Part shown: piece after piece, positions 32,546 through 41,729 of the stretch | Position numbering within the stretch: the first letter of the stretch is position 1 | Layout: each line of letters begins with the position of its first letter | From: an uncultured Spirochaetota bacterium | Lineage (GTDB): Bacteria; Spirochaetota; Spirochaetia; SZUA-6; CAVTHK01 | Length of the DNA: 64,000 nucleotides | Assembly: GCA_963734495.1 (NCBI GenBank) | Contig: CAVTHK010000013.1 | Location: 60,654-124,653 of the forward strand | Direction: 5' to 3' | The notes under the pieces: model-generated | What the model was told of the DNA's origin: nothing | Seen by the model: only the letters and a program-made list of their open reading frames with translations | Databases searched by the model: none | Program-made: the position numbers and the translations under genes

Positions 32546-33610
32546 CTAGTTCATGAGCGCGCGGCGCACCTTCATCTTGTCCACCTCGTTCAGGCGGACC
32601 CCGCAGGCGATCTTGGCCCAGGTGTTAAAGGTGTAGAAGCGAAGGCTGTCGGCCGCGGTCTTGATCTCCTGGAAGATGTCCGCGCTCCCCGCCGGCATGA
32701 AGAAGTCCTCTATGTTATCCGTGCCCAGCCGCACCGCGACGTCTTCGATCAGGAACTCGAGCACCCTCGTGATGCTGTTGTGCATGGGCACGTGCACGCG
32801 GCGGTCCTGCTTGTTCGAGAGGGTCGCGCCCGGGCACACGACGACGCCGACGTTGGTCTCCTTGAGGCCGTCGATGAGGCGGTGGAAGCGCTCCTCGTCG
32901 TAGGAGGCCACCGAGAGCGCGTGCACCGCCCACACCGTCGGCTCGCGCTTCTCGGCGTGGCCGGTGCGGTCGGGCCTCAGCCAGCGCACGGCCTCCACCA
33001 GCGTCTCCGTGCCGCTTTCGGTCGGCAGGTTGGTCTGGTCGACGTGCATGTGCACGTCCTTGCCGAGCGAGTTCCCGAGCTCGAGCACGCGGCGGAAATG
33101 CTCCTTGAACCCGATGTGCTCCGCGAGCGCGTCGCGCTCCGGGAGCGTCCCGATAAAGTCGGCGAGGCGGGCGCCTTCGACAAAGAGCTCCCAGCGGCGC
33201 TTCTCGGTGTCCTTGAAGCCGAAGATCGGGTAGGCGCCGACGCGGAAGTCGATCCGGCTCTTGTACTTTTCCTTGAGCTCCAGCGCCGCCTCCAGCGCGG
33301 TGAGGCCCACGACGTCCGCGGTCGTGTCGATGAAGCTGTCGAGCCTGCGGGTGCCGCAGGCGATGGAGGTCTCCAGGACGCGGCCCATGCGCTCGCGCAG
33401 GCTCTCCCCGGTGTACGCCGGGCCCTCGTGCAGGACGCCGGTCGTGTGCTGCTTGACCGGCAGCGGGTACGTGGCGATCTCCCAGGGGTCCATGTCCGCG
33501 TAGTCGACATAGGCGGGCTCCATCACGTGCGCGCGGTCGATGTGCGCGTGCGCGTTGAACCAGCCTCCGTAGGACGCCGCGGCCTTGCGGACCTCTTCTT
33601 CGAAGTTCAT
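32546..33610 (-). CDS. amidohydrolase-superfamily metal-dependent hydrolase (dihydroorotase-position homologue?)
   Basis: Internal ATG with RBS GAGGAGGAGG. N-terminal HxH metal motif (FNAHAHID). 354 aa. Sits between pyrFE and pyrDK with 4-nt overlaps. Confidence 0.6.
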   Translation of the reverse strand: MNFEEEVRKAAASYGGWFNAHAHIDRAHVMEPAYVDYADMDPWEIATYPLPVKQHTTGVLHEGPAYTGESLRERMGRVLETSIACGTRRLDSFIDTTADVVGLTALEAALELKEKYKSRIDFRVGAYPIFGFKDTEKRRWELFVEGARLADFIGTLPERDALAEHIGFKEHFRRVLELGNSLGKDVHMHVDQTNLPTESGTETLVEAVRWLRPDRTGHAEKREPTVWAVHALSVASYDEERFHRLIDGLKETNVGVVVCPGATLSNKQDRRVHVPMHNSITRVLEFLIEDVAVRLGTDNIEDFFMPAGSADIFQEIKTAADSLRFYTFNTWAKIACGVRLNEVDKMKVRRALMN

Positions 33611-34989
33611 GAAGCCTCCTCCTCTCGTCTGCCCGCGATCGCGAGCAGCTCCCGCAGCGTGGCGTACGCGTGCACCGTGATCCCGCGCCTGGCGAGCTCC
33701 TCTCGGCCGCCTGCCTCGCGGTCGACGAGGACCACGAGGTCGCGCACCTTGAGCCCGGCCGCCTCGAGAACCGCGATCGCCTCGAGCTTGCTGGCGGCCG
33801 AGGTGATGACGTCGTCGACGAGGAGCACTCTCTCGCCCGGCTCGAAGGCCCCCTCGATGCGGCTGCCGGTGCCGTGGTCCTTGGCGTCGAGCCTGGGGTA
33901 GAGCATCGGCCGGCCGACCCGCAGCGACAGCGCCGTGCCGATCGGCAGCGCCGCGAGCGGGATCGCCGCGATGCGGTCGTAGGCGATGCCTTCGGCGAGC
34001 CCGGCGTAGGCGGCGGCCACCGCCGCGAGCAGGCGCGGGGCCGACACGAGCCGCCGCAGGTCGAGGTAGACCGGCGAGATCTCGCCGGACTTGAGGCGGA
34101 ACTGTCCGAAGCGAAGGCAGCCTTCGGCGACGATCCGCTCGAAGAGCTTTCGCTTCGCCGCGTCCGCGGCGTCGGGTGCCGCCTCGCGCGGCGCGCGGCG
34201 CGCGCCGTCGCGGGCGGCGTTGATCGCGTCCCGCAGCTCGCGCGCCCTGGCCGCCGGATCCGCCGCATCCGCGATGGCGCGCGAGGCGTTGATCAGCAGG
34301 CCGAGCCCGTCCTGCCGCAGCCCCGCCCCCACCGCCGCCTCCAGTGACCCGCCCTGCGCGCCGACTCCGGGGCAGAGGATCCAGGCCGCCGGCGCCGCCT
34401 CGCGCACGCGCCGCAGGGCTTGCGGGTCCGTGGCGCCGGCTACGAGCCCGACACCTGGCCCCCAAGCCGCCGCCCTGCGGGCGAGCTCCACGTAGAGCGG
34501 CGTCGGGCCGCCTGCGCCGTCGACCTCGAGCGCCTGAACCTCGTCGGAGCCGGCGTTGGAGGTCCGGCAGAGCACGAAGAGCCCGCGGCCCGGATATTTG
34601 AAGAAGGGTTCCAGCGCCTCGCGGCCCAGGTAGGGGCTGACGGTGATCGCACCCACGCCCAGCCGTTCAAAGGCGGCCGCCGCGTAGGCCGCGGCCGTGT
34701 CGCCGATGTCGCCCCGCTTGGCGTCGAGGATCACCGGCGTGTCGTCCGGGATCAGCCGCAGCGTCTGCTCCAGCGCCTCCCAGCCGGCCGCGCCCAGCGC
34801 CTCGTAGAACGCGATGTTGGGCTTGAAGCAGGCCGCGTACGGGCGCGTCGCCTCGATGAGCCGCCTGTTGGCCTCCACCATCCCGCGGGCGGCGTCCGCG
34901 CCGCCGCCCGGCCGCGGGTCGAGCCCGACGCAGAGCAGGCTCGCGCGCGCGGCGCAGGAGGCCTCGAGCGCCTTGAAAAAGTCCATCAT
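33607..34989 (-). CDS. pyrF: bifunctional orotidine-5'-phosphate decarboxylase (type 2) / orotate phosphoribosyltransferase fusion
   Basis: Starts ATGATG with RBS GAGGGAGGGG. N-terminal half is ODCase type 2. C-terminal half is PyrE (...VLLVDDVITSAAS... PRPP motif). Confidence 0.75.
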   Translation of the reverse strand: MMDFFKALEASCAARASLLCVGLDPRPGGGADAARGMVEANRRLIEATRPYAACFKPNIAFYEALGAAGWEALEQTLRLIPDDTPVILDAKRGDIGDTAAAYAAAAFERLGVGAITVSPYLGREALEPFFKYPGRGLFVLCRTSNAGSDEVQALEVDGAGGPTPLYVELARRAAAWGPGVGLVAGATDPQALRRVREAAPAAWILCPGVGAQGGSLEAAVGAGLRQDGLGLLINASRAIADAADPAARARELRDAINAARDGARRAPREAAPDAADAAKRKLFERIVAEGCLRFGQFRLKSGEISPVYLDLRRLVSAPRLLAAVAAAYAGLAEGIAYDRIAAIPLAALPIGTALSLRVGRPMLYPRLDAKDHGTGSRIEGAFEPGERVLLVDDVITSAASKLEAIAVLEAAGLKVRDLVVLVDREAGGREELARRGITVHAYATLRELLAIAGRREEEAS

Positions 34990-35027
34990 CCCCTCCCTCA
35001 GCGCGGCTGGACGCGACGGCCGCGGGC

Positions 35028-35106
35028 AAAAAAAAGGAGAGCCCCGAGGCTCTCCCGTTCCGGCGGACTTCCGCGCGAAAAAAAGACTCCGGCGCTCCCG
35101 GAGTCT
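35028..35106 (-). terminator. Two tandem intrinsic-terminator-like hairpins with U8/U7 tracts in the 5' leader of the pyr operon (putative attenuator)
   Basis: Minus-strand RNA: AGACUCCGGGAGCGCCGGAGUCUUUUUUU (35106-35078), then GGAGAGCCUCGGGGCUCUCCUUUUUUUU (35055-35028). Both lie between a TTGACA -35 (35181-35176) and the pyrF RBS. Confidence 0.6.
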
Positions 35107-35327
35107 TGTGCTTACCCATCCTGGGCTCTTACCGCATCCCATGTTCGTCGGCAGTCTGCCAGAGCCCGCTCCGGATGTCAAGGGGAGGTTCGCCCCTGTG
35201 TGCCCCGCCGCTCGCCCCGCCGCCGCGGCCCGGCGGGGGTGTCGGGTTTTGCCGCACGGACGGGGCCTGCCCCGGCTGCCGGGGGGCGCGGTTGCGTCCC
35301 GCAGGAGCCGAGCGCTACATTGCGGCC

Positions 35328-36338
35328 ATGCTGCTCTACACGCCGCAGAGGCGCGCGCCCCTCGTCGACTACGGCATCCTCATCCCGGTCGCCCCCGGAA
35401 AGACCGACCGCATCCTCGCGGCGCTTCGTGCGAACCCCCTGCTCGGGCCGCGCGAGCCCGAGTGGCACCTGCAACGGGACGGCACGACAATGGGGCGCGA
35501 GGACCTGTTGCGTGCCCACTCCGAGCGTTACGTCGACGAGCTCACCTCGGCGGGCCTCGAGCGCGCGATCATCCGTGCCTACGAGCTCGAGGACGAGCAG
35601 GGGCGGCCGCACCGCTACGACCCGTCGCGGGCCACCCGGCCGCTCTCCGAGCTGCTCGACGGGGCGCTCGAGAACTCGGCGGGCACATACCAGTGCTGCC
35701 GCGAGGCGCTGCGGCACGGCTTCTGCTTCTACCTCGGCGGGGGCGCGCACCACGCCCACCGCGACTTCGGCCACGGCTTCTGCGTGGTCAACGACTCGAT
35801 GGTCGCCCTGCGGCGCCTGCAGGCCGAAGGCGTCGTGCGGCGCGCGTGGATCATCGACGTGGACGCCCACAAGGGCGACGGCACCGCGGAGATCGCGAGC
35901 GGCGACCCGTCGATCGTGACGTTGAGCGTGCACATGGCCCGCGGATGGCCGCTGGACGGGCCGGAGCGCGACGCGCTCGGCAGGCTCAACCCTTCCTTCA
36001 TCCCGAGCGACATCGACGTCGGCATCGAAGCCGGCGAAGAGGCGAGCTATCTCCCCCGTCTCGACGCGGCGCTGCGCTCGCTCGAATCCGGCGCCCGGCC
36101 CGACCTGGCGCTCGTTCTCGCGGGCGCCGACGCCTACGAGAAGGACGAGCTCCCCTCGGCCGCGCTGCTGCGGCTGTCCGCGGACCAGATGCTCGAACGC
36201 GACCTGATGATCTACCGGTTCCTGAAGTCCCGCTCGATCCCTCGCGCGTTCCTGATGGCCGGCGGCTACGGGGCGCACGCGTGGGAGGTGTACCCGCCCT
36301 TTCTCGAGCGCGCGCTCCTCGATCAGCTCGGGGGCTGA
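35328..36338 (+). CDS. histone-deacetylase-family (AcuC/APAH-like) protein, second copy
   Basis: Internal ATG (MLLYTPQRRAPLVDYG...). DVDAHKGDGT and GGGYG-like motifs. Confidence 0.7.
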   Translation: MLLYTPQRRAPLVDYGILIPVAPGKTDRILAALRANPLLGPREPEWHLQRDGTTMGREDLLRAHSERYVDELTSAGLERAIIRAYELEDEQGRPHRYDPSRATRPLSELLDGALENSAGTYQCCREALRHGFCFYLGGGAHHAHRDFGHGFCVVNDSMVALRRLQAEGVVRRAWIIDVDAHKGDGTAEIASGDPSIVTLSVHMARGWPLDGPERDALGRLNPSFIPSDIDVGIEAGEEASYLPRLDAALRSLESGARPDLALVLAGADAYEKDELPSAALLRLSADQMLERDLMIYRFLKSRSIPRAFLMAGGYGAHAWEVYPPFLERALLDQLGG

Positions 36339-36800
36339 GGCCCGGGGCCGGGCGCGCGGCGGGCCCTGCGCAGCGCGAGCCAGGCGACAGCCGCCAGCGC
36401 GGCGGCGCCGATCGCGAGCCCCGCGGCCGCGAGCGGCAGATAGACCGGACGGAGGACCGCGCGGTGCAGATCGAAGCGGCCGCCGTGGATCGGGGCGTAC
36501 AGCGCGAAGCGGAGCGCCTCGATCGCCGGCAGCAGCAGAAGCTCGCTGCCGGTCACGAGGAGGAACGATTCGAGCAGGCGGCCCTTGCGCTGAGCGCGTC
36601 CGAGGACTGCGTCCACCGCGATGACGAAAGCGATCTCCGCGATCGCCAGCGGAATAAGCGACGTGAGCCCCGGCAAAGGCGGCGAGGCCGCCGTAGATCT
36701 TGACGACGTCGACCCCGAGCTGGAGGAGCAGGAGGAACGGGAAGATGGACAGCCCGATCGCGATCGCCGCGAGCAGGAGCCTCGCGATCCGCGCGCTCAT
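36323..36800 (-). CDS. small polytopic membrane protein (hypothetical); +1 frameshift in a GGGG run
   Basis: MSARIARLLLAAIAIGLSIFPFLLLLQLG...AAFAG in one frame continues as LTSLIPLAIAEIAFVIAVDAVLG... in ORF 36323..36676. Its ATG overlaps the rnd stop (ATGA). Confidence 0.45.
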
Positions 36801-37672
36801 GCCGGGCGGCCCTCCCCCTCCGCCGCGGCGCAGGCGGCGGCCAGCCGGTCGACAAAGGGCCGCGCCTCGCGGCCGACGAGCCTGAGCCAGTTGTCCCGCG
36901 ACGCGGGGGGCCGGCGCGCGGCGGCGACCAGCGCGTCGTTCGCGACCACCCGGTACGGCGGGAGGTCGAGCGTTTCGGCGATCCGCTCCCGGGCGGCGTG
37001 GAGCGCCGCGAGCGTGTGCTGCCCGTCTTCGCTGAGAGTGCGGGCGCCGCGCAGGCGTATCCAGGCGTCCGCGTCCGCCCGGAACTCGCGCTTCTCCAGG
37101 GCGCGGCTCTGCTCCTGCGCCTTGACGAGCCGGTCGCGCGCCGCGAGCGACTCGCGCATGCGCTGCCAGGCGGCCAGCAGGTGCCGCACGTCCTCGGCCG
37201 CGTAGTCGAGCTGCGCCGGGGACAGCGGCCGGCGGTTCCAGTCCGAGCGCTGGAGGACTTCCTTCTTCTCCATGGTTCTGCCCAGGGTGGTCTCGATGAT
37301 CCGGCCGAGGCCCGGCGTGCCCTGGCCCAGCAGCCGGGACCCGACCTGCAGGTCGAAGATGCCGCGCAGAGCGATCCCCTGCGCGCGCTTGATCAGCTTG
37401 ACGTCCTCGTCCGCGGAGCACATCACCTTGGTCACCCGCTCGTCCTCGAGGACGGGCGCGAGCGGCGCGAGCGAGCCCAGCCTCACCGGGTCGACGAGAT
37501 GCACGGCGTCGCCGTCGGCGATCTGTACCAGGCAGAGGTGGATCCCGTACCGGTGCAGGTTGTACTCGCCCTCGAAATCCACGCCGATCGCGTCGAGGCC
37601 GCGGAGGCGGCGGGCGAGGGCGTCGAGATCGGCCTGCCGGTCCACGAGCCTGAAATCGCTCCGGTCGCTCAC
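36797..37672 (-). CDS. rnd: ribonuclease D (DEDDy 3'-5' exonuclease plus HRDC)
   Basis: IGVDFEGEYNLHRYGIHLCLVQIA... and YAAEDVRHL. GTG start overlapping the phzF stop. Confidence 0.7.
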   Translation of the reverse strand: MSDRSDFRLVDRQADLDALARRLRGLDAIGVDFEGEYNLHRYGIHLCLVQIADGDAVHLVDPVRLGSLAPLAPVLEDERVTKVMCSADEDVKLIKRAQGIALRGIFDLQVGSRLLGQGTPGLGRIIETTLGRTMEKKEVLQRSDWNRRPLSPAQLDYAAEDVRHLLAAWQRMRESLAARDRLVKAQEQSRALEKREFRADADAWIRLRGARTLSEDGQHTLAALHAARERIAETLDLPPYRVVANDALVAAARRPPASRDNWLRLVGREARPFVDRLAAACAAAEGEGRPA

Positions 37673-38463
37673 GCGAGCAGCCTCGCCTCGAGCACCGTCA
37701 CCGCGCGGCCGCCGAGAACCACGCGGTCGCCCGCCGGGCGGCAGTGCACCGTCCCGCCGCGGGCCGAGGCCTGCCAGCCGATGAGGCTCTTCTTCCGGAG
37801 CTTCGCGGACCAGTAGGGGGCCAGGTAGCAGTGCGCCACGCCGGTCACCGGGTCCTCGTCTATCCCGACGGCGGGAGCGAAGAAGCGCGAGACAAAGTCG
37901 TGCGCGCCGCCGCGCGCGGTCACCAGCGCGGTTCCCGTGCCCGAGCGCGCGAGCAGCCTGAAGTCCGGCGCGAGAGCCTCGACCTGCTCCTTCGACGCGA
38001 GCTCGAGAAAGGTCAGCGCGTCGTCGGTGCCGCTGAACAGCGGCTCGGGAGGCTCGCGTCCGGGCGCCAGCGCCTCGAGCACCCCGGCCGGCGGCGGGGC
38101 CGGCTCGACGGCGTGCGCCGGGAAGTCCATCTCGATCAGGTCGCCCGCGCGCCTGGCGCGCAGCAACCCGCTCAGCGTGTGGAACTCGGCGGCCTGCGCC
38201 GGCTCGAGCACCCCCGCCTCCCACAGAACGTGCGCGGTCGCGAGCGTCGCGTGGCCGCACAGCTCGACTTCGCAGGTGGGGGTGAACCAGCGCAGCGAGA
38301 AGCCGGAATCGACCCTGCGGGCAAAGGCCGTCTCCGAGACGTTCATCTCCGCGGCGACGCTCTGCATCCAGGCGTCCGGCTTCTCGTCCTCGAGCAGGCA
38401 GACGCCCGCAGGGTTGCCGGTGAACGGGCGGTCGGCAAACGCATCGACCTGGTAGATCTTCAT
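37669..38463 (-). CDS. PhzF-family isomerase
   Basis: MKIYQVDAFADRPFTGNPAGVCLLE... is a PhzF/DapF-fold signature. 264 aa. Confidence 0.75.
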   Translation of the reverse strand: MKIYQVDAFADRPFTGNPAGVCLLEDEKPDAWMQSVAAEMNVSETAFARRVDSGFSLRWFTPTCEVELCGHATLATAHVLWEAGVLEPAQAAEFHTLSGLLRARRAGDLIEMDFPAHAVEPAPPPAGVLEALAPGREPPEPLFSGTDDALTFLELASKEQVEALAPDFRLLARSGTGTALVTARGGAHDFVSRFFAPAVGIDEDPVTGVAHCYLAPYWSAKLRKKSLIGWQASARGGTVHCRPAGDRVVLGGRAVTVLEARLLA

Positions 38464-39047
38464 GAGGCTCTCTCTTCCGAAAGGTGGCTGACGTCGTTCA
38501 TGGTCAGGGCGGATAGCCTTCCGTCCTCGCCTTCGAAGACGAAGACGCCCGCGTTGCTCATCTCGACCGTGGCTTTGGCCTCCGCGAGGGTCCTCCCCGT
38601 GATCGCGGCCACGATGGCGTAGTTGATGCCGCCATGGCCCGACAGCAGGACGGTCTGGCCAGGGTGCTTTTCGCGCACGAGACGCAGCACGCGCCTGGCC
38701 CTTTCCAGCATCTGCTCGTCTTTCTCCACCTCCTCGGCGTCGGTGAGCCGGGACCGATCCAGGTCGCTGCCGCTGCACCCCTGGTAGCGGCCGAGGAAGC
38801 GCTCGCGCAGATCGGGGCACCAGGTCACCCGGACGCCCGGATGGCGGCGCATGATCGCCTCGGTGGTGTCGCGCGCCCGCGCGAGGTCGCTGGAGTACGC
38901 CGCGTCGATCGGCTCCCGGGCGAGACGCGCGGCGAGCCGCTCCACCTGCTCGCGGCCCCGCGCGGACAGCCGGCCCGGCAGGTGGCCCTGGATGATGCCC
39001 GCGGCGTTCTCTTCGGTCTCGCCGTGCCGGACGAGGATGATTCTCAT
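38460..39047 (-). CDS. histidine-phosphatase (phosphoglycerate-mutase-like) family protein
   Basis: RIILVRHGETEEN (RHG motif)...GHGG. Confidence 0.75.
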   Translation of the reverse strand: MRIILVRHGETEENAAGIIQGHLPGRLSARGREQVERLAARLAREPIDAAYSSDLARARDTTEAIMRRHPGVRVTWCPDLRERFLGRYQGCSGSDLDRSRLTDAEEVEKDEQMLERARRVLRLVREKHPGQTVLLSGHGGINYAIVAAITGRTLAEAKATVEMSNAGVFVFEGEDGRLSALTMNDVSHLSEERAS

Positions 39048-39200
39048 CGTTGCTTTCCGGCGCCAACATAGCGTCACGCCCCTCATGGGTCAAGGACAGG
39101 CCCCGCGAGGGATGCGTGCCGCGCGGGATGTAGCAACGGGGCCTCTTTCCCTGTATAACGGGGACGCGCGCGGTGCGCGGAATCGGAGAGAGCGGGCGGC

Positions 39201-39866
39201 ATGAAGGCCTTCATCGTCATTTTCTCCCTGTCGTTCGTCGTCGCGCTGAGCGGCGCGATGGCTCCCGGCCCGCTGCTGACCTACACGATCGTGAGGTCCG
39301 CGCAGGCCCGCAGGCGGGGGTTCCTCGTCGGTGCGTGGGTCATCCTCGGCCATGCGCTGCTGGAATCGGCCCTCATCGTGGCCCTGCTTCTGGGTCTCGC
39401 CGCGCTGCTGCGGAGCGGGATCGCGGTCCGCCTGATCGGCGCGTTCGGCGGCTCGTTCCTCGTCGTCATGGGGTTGAGCCTCCTCCGGCAGGTCGTGCGC
39501 GGCCGCATCGCGCCTCCCGGAGCCGATCCCACCGCAGAGGCCATCCGTCCCGCCAACCCGGTGCTGGCCGGCGTGCTCGTGTCGATGAGCAACCCCTACT
39601 GGTGGGTCTGGTGGGCGTCGGTGGGTTTTGCTTTCATGGCGCAGTACGACATCTCCTTCGCCAGGTGGCCGCTGCTGATCGCGTTCTTCGCGGGCCACGA
39701 GGCGGGGGACCTGCTGTGGTACTTCACCGTGTCCGTTCTCGTGTCGATGGGGCGCTCCCGCCTCACGGGGCGGGTCTACCAGGCGGTCCTCGCCGCCTGC
39801 GCGCTCGTCATCGTCGGCTTCGGCGTCTTTCTCGGAGTCTCGTCCTTCCTCTACAGGGCGGCGTGA
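39201..39866 (+). CDS. LysE/RhtB-family amino-acid exporter
   Basis: 221-aa 6-TM protein with the LysE-type N-terminal motif (...SGAMAPGPLLTYTI...). Confidence 0.7.
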   Translation: MKAFIVIFSLSFVVALSGAMAPGPLLTYTIVRSAQARRRGFLVGAWVILGHALLESALIVALLLGLAALLRSGIAVRLIGAFGGSFLVVMGLSLLRQVVRGRIAPPGADPTAEAIRPANPVLAGVLVSMSNPYWWVWWASVGFAFMAQYDISFARWPLLIAFFAGHEAGDLLWYFTVSVLVSMGRSRLTGRVYQAVLAACALVIVGFGVFLGVSSFLYRAA

Positions 39867-40762
39867 CGGCCGCCGCGTCGGGCCGCGGGCGCGCGCGCAA
39901 GGCCCACGACGCCGACGCAGGAGACCAGCACCAGGATGCTGCCCGCGAGCTCGATCGCGCTCATCGCTTCGGCAAAGAACGCGATCCCGACCACCACGTT
40001 GAACAGCGGCGTGAGGAGCCCGAGAAGGGACCCGGCGGTGAGCGACACGCGGCCGAAGCCCCAGGTCATGAGGATCTGCGCGGCCGTGGCCGTCAGGCCG
40101 ATCGCGACCAGCAGCACCCCGCCGCCCCAGCCGACGCCGCCGGCGCCGCGGACGGCCGGGACGGCCACCAGCCAGAACCCGATGAGGCACTGGGCGAGGA
40201 AGATCGCGTAGCTCGAATCGGTGGCGGTCGCCCTCTTGAGGCACACGAGCGCCGCCCCCGCCGCGACGGCGCCGGCGATCGAGAGGATGGTCCAGGCATC
40301 GACGCTTACGGCGCCGCCCTTCGGAGCCACCAATAGCGCCAGCCCGACCAGCCCGACCGCCATCAGCACCCAGGCAGAGGCGCTCACGCGGTCCTTGAGG
40401 AAGATCACGCCGCCCCCGGCGGCGAAGATCGGGTAGAGGTAGCTGAGCACCGTGCCCCTTGCCAGGCCGAGCTTGACGACGGACATGTAGAAGAGGAGCA
40501 CGGATATCCCGCCGAAGAGGCCGCGCAGGAAAAGCACGGAGCTGTTGGTGAACTCCAGGCGGATGCGGCGGAAGAGCGCCAGTGTCCCGAGCGCCGCCGT
40601 GCCCACGGCGAAACGGTAGAACGCGATCGTGAAGAAGTCGATCCGCTGCGCGAAGCGGATCATGATCGCCATGACGGAGAAGAGGACCGACGACAGCAGG
40701 ATGGCGCCCACCCCGGCGGCGTAGCCGCTTCGGGCAGGCGCGGCGACCGTGGACTGCGGCAT
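39851..40762 (-). CDS. EamA/DMT-family transporter
   Basis: 303-aa hydrophobic protein with two EamA domains. Confidence 0.65.
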   Translation of the reverse strand: MPQSTVAAPARSGYAAGVGAILLSSVLFSVMAIMIRFAQRIDFFTIAFYRFAVGTAALGTLALFRRIRLEFTNSSVLFLRGLFGGISVLLFYMSVVKLGLARGTVLSYLYPIFAAGGGVIFLKDRVSASAWVLMAVGLVGLALLVAPKGGAVSVDAWTILSIAGAVAAGAALVCLKRATATDSSYAIFLAQCLIGFWLVAVPAVRGAGGVGWGGGVLLVAIGLTATAAQILMTWGFGRVSLTAGSLLGLLTPLFNVVVGIAFFAEAMSAIELAGSILVLVSCVGVVGLARAPAARRGGRHAAL

Positions 40763-40853
40763 GCGGGAGAGAATAGCGGTTTGAGTCCCCGGTTGGGAAG
40801 CGCGCGGTCGGGGCGGGTGCGGAGCCCGCCGGCCTGCCGCGCCGGCGCGCGAT

Positions 40854-41690
40854 TCAGCCCGCCCGGCGCAGGGCGCTGATGCCCGAAACGATCTGGCTCC
40901 AGAGCAGGCCGGAGAAGTCCGTTTCCCCTTCGAGCGTCACGAGGCCGTCGTAGCCCCACTCATCCGCGATCATTCGCAGGAGCGCCGCGTAATCGATGTG
41001 AGTCCCGTTGAGCGTCCACATCCGGTCCACGAGGCTGCCGTGAAGGTGCACGTCGGCGATCCGGTCCTTGATCCCCCTGAAACGATCGAGCTCGTTGTAG
41101 TGATAGGCCCACTTCATGTCGAGGGTGACCCAGTCGAAGGCCGAGACCGCTTCGAACGGTGTATAGCCGGGCGTGTAGGTGGGAATGTTCTCGACAGCCG
41201 CCTTGACGCCGGTGCCCGACGAAAGACGGACGAGGAGCGCGTGAAGGCGGGGGTGGTCCACCGCGGCCGACCACGCGTCCCAGAGGTGGAAGACGCACGT
41301 TCCCGCGCCGACGCCCTCCGCCGCCTGCAGCGCCCCGCGCACGAGGGCCTCGCCGCGCTCCACGAGCTCCGGCTGCTCCGAGCAGAGCAGCGGGCCGATG
41401 TCCCTGTTCGCGTGGATCGCGAGGATGGGCACGCGGGCGCGATTGATGACCTCGACGAGCTGGGGGATGTCGTACTTGCGGCTCGCCTCCCACTCGAACT
41501 TGCGGTCGTACTTCGTGTCCTTGTCCACCGGGGCGAAATGCGGGTTCCACTCCGCCAGCAGCTCCAGCTCGAACCCGTCGACCACCCGCTCGCGCAGCAG
41601 GATCTTCATCACGTAGATCGTGGCGCCGAGGTCATAGTACTTGCGGTGCATGTAGGTGGCCAGAGGAACAGTGCTGATCGAAAAGCGCAT
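40854..41690 (-). CDS. TIM-barrel protein, sugar-phosphate isomerase/epimerase-like (tentative)
   Basis: 278 aa. Pattern ...AIHANRDIG...VFHLWDAW...GLVTLEGE is reminiscent of xylose-isomerase-like barrels. Low confidence on family. Confidence 0.35.
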   Translation of the reverse strand: MRFSISTVPLATYMHRKYYDLGATIYVMKILLRERVVDGFELELLAEWNPHFAPVDKDTKYDRKFEWEASRKYDIPQLVEVINRARVPILAIHANRDIGPLLCSEQPELVERGEALVRGALQAAEGVGAGTCVFHLWDAWSAAVDHPRLHALLVRLSSGTGVKAAVENIPTYTPGYTPFEAVSAFDWVTLDMKWAYHYNELDRFRGIKDRIADVHLHGSLVDRMWTLNGTHIDYAALLRMIADEWGYDGLVTLEGETDFSGLLWSQIVSGISALRRAG

Positions 41691-41729
41691 CGTCGGCTCT
41701 CCCGGGGATTGCCGCCCGCGAATCTCAGG

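Noticed and set aside
35150-35190. PyrR-binding-loop-like sequence (GCCAGAGCCCGCUCC) near the pyr leader.
   Set aside because: It lies on the plus strand, which is antisense to the pyr leader, and matches the PyrR box consensus only loosely. No pyrR gene is in the window.
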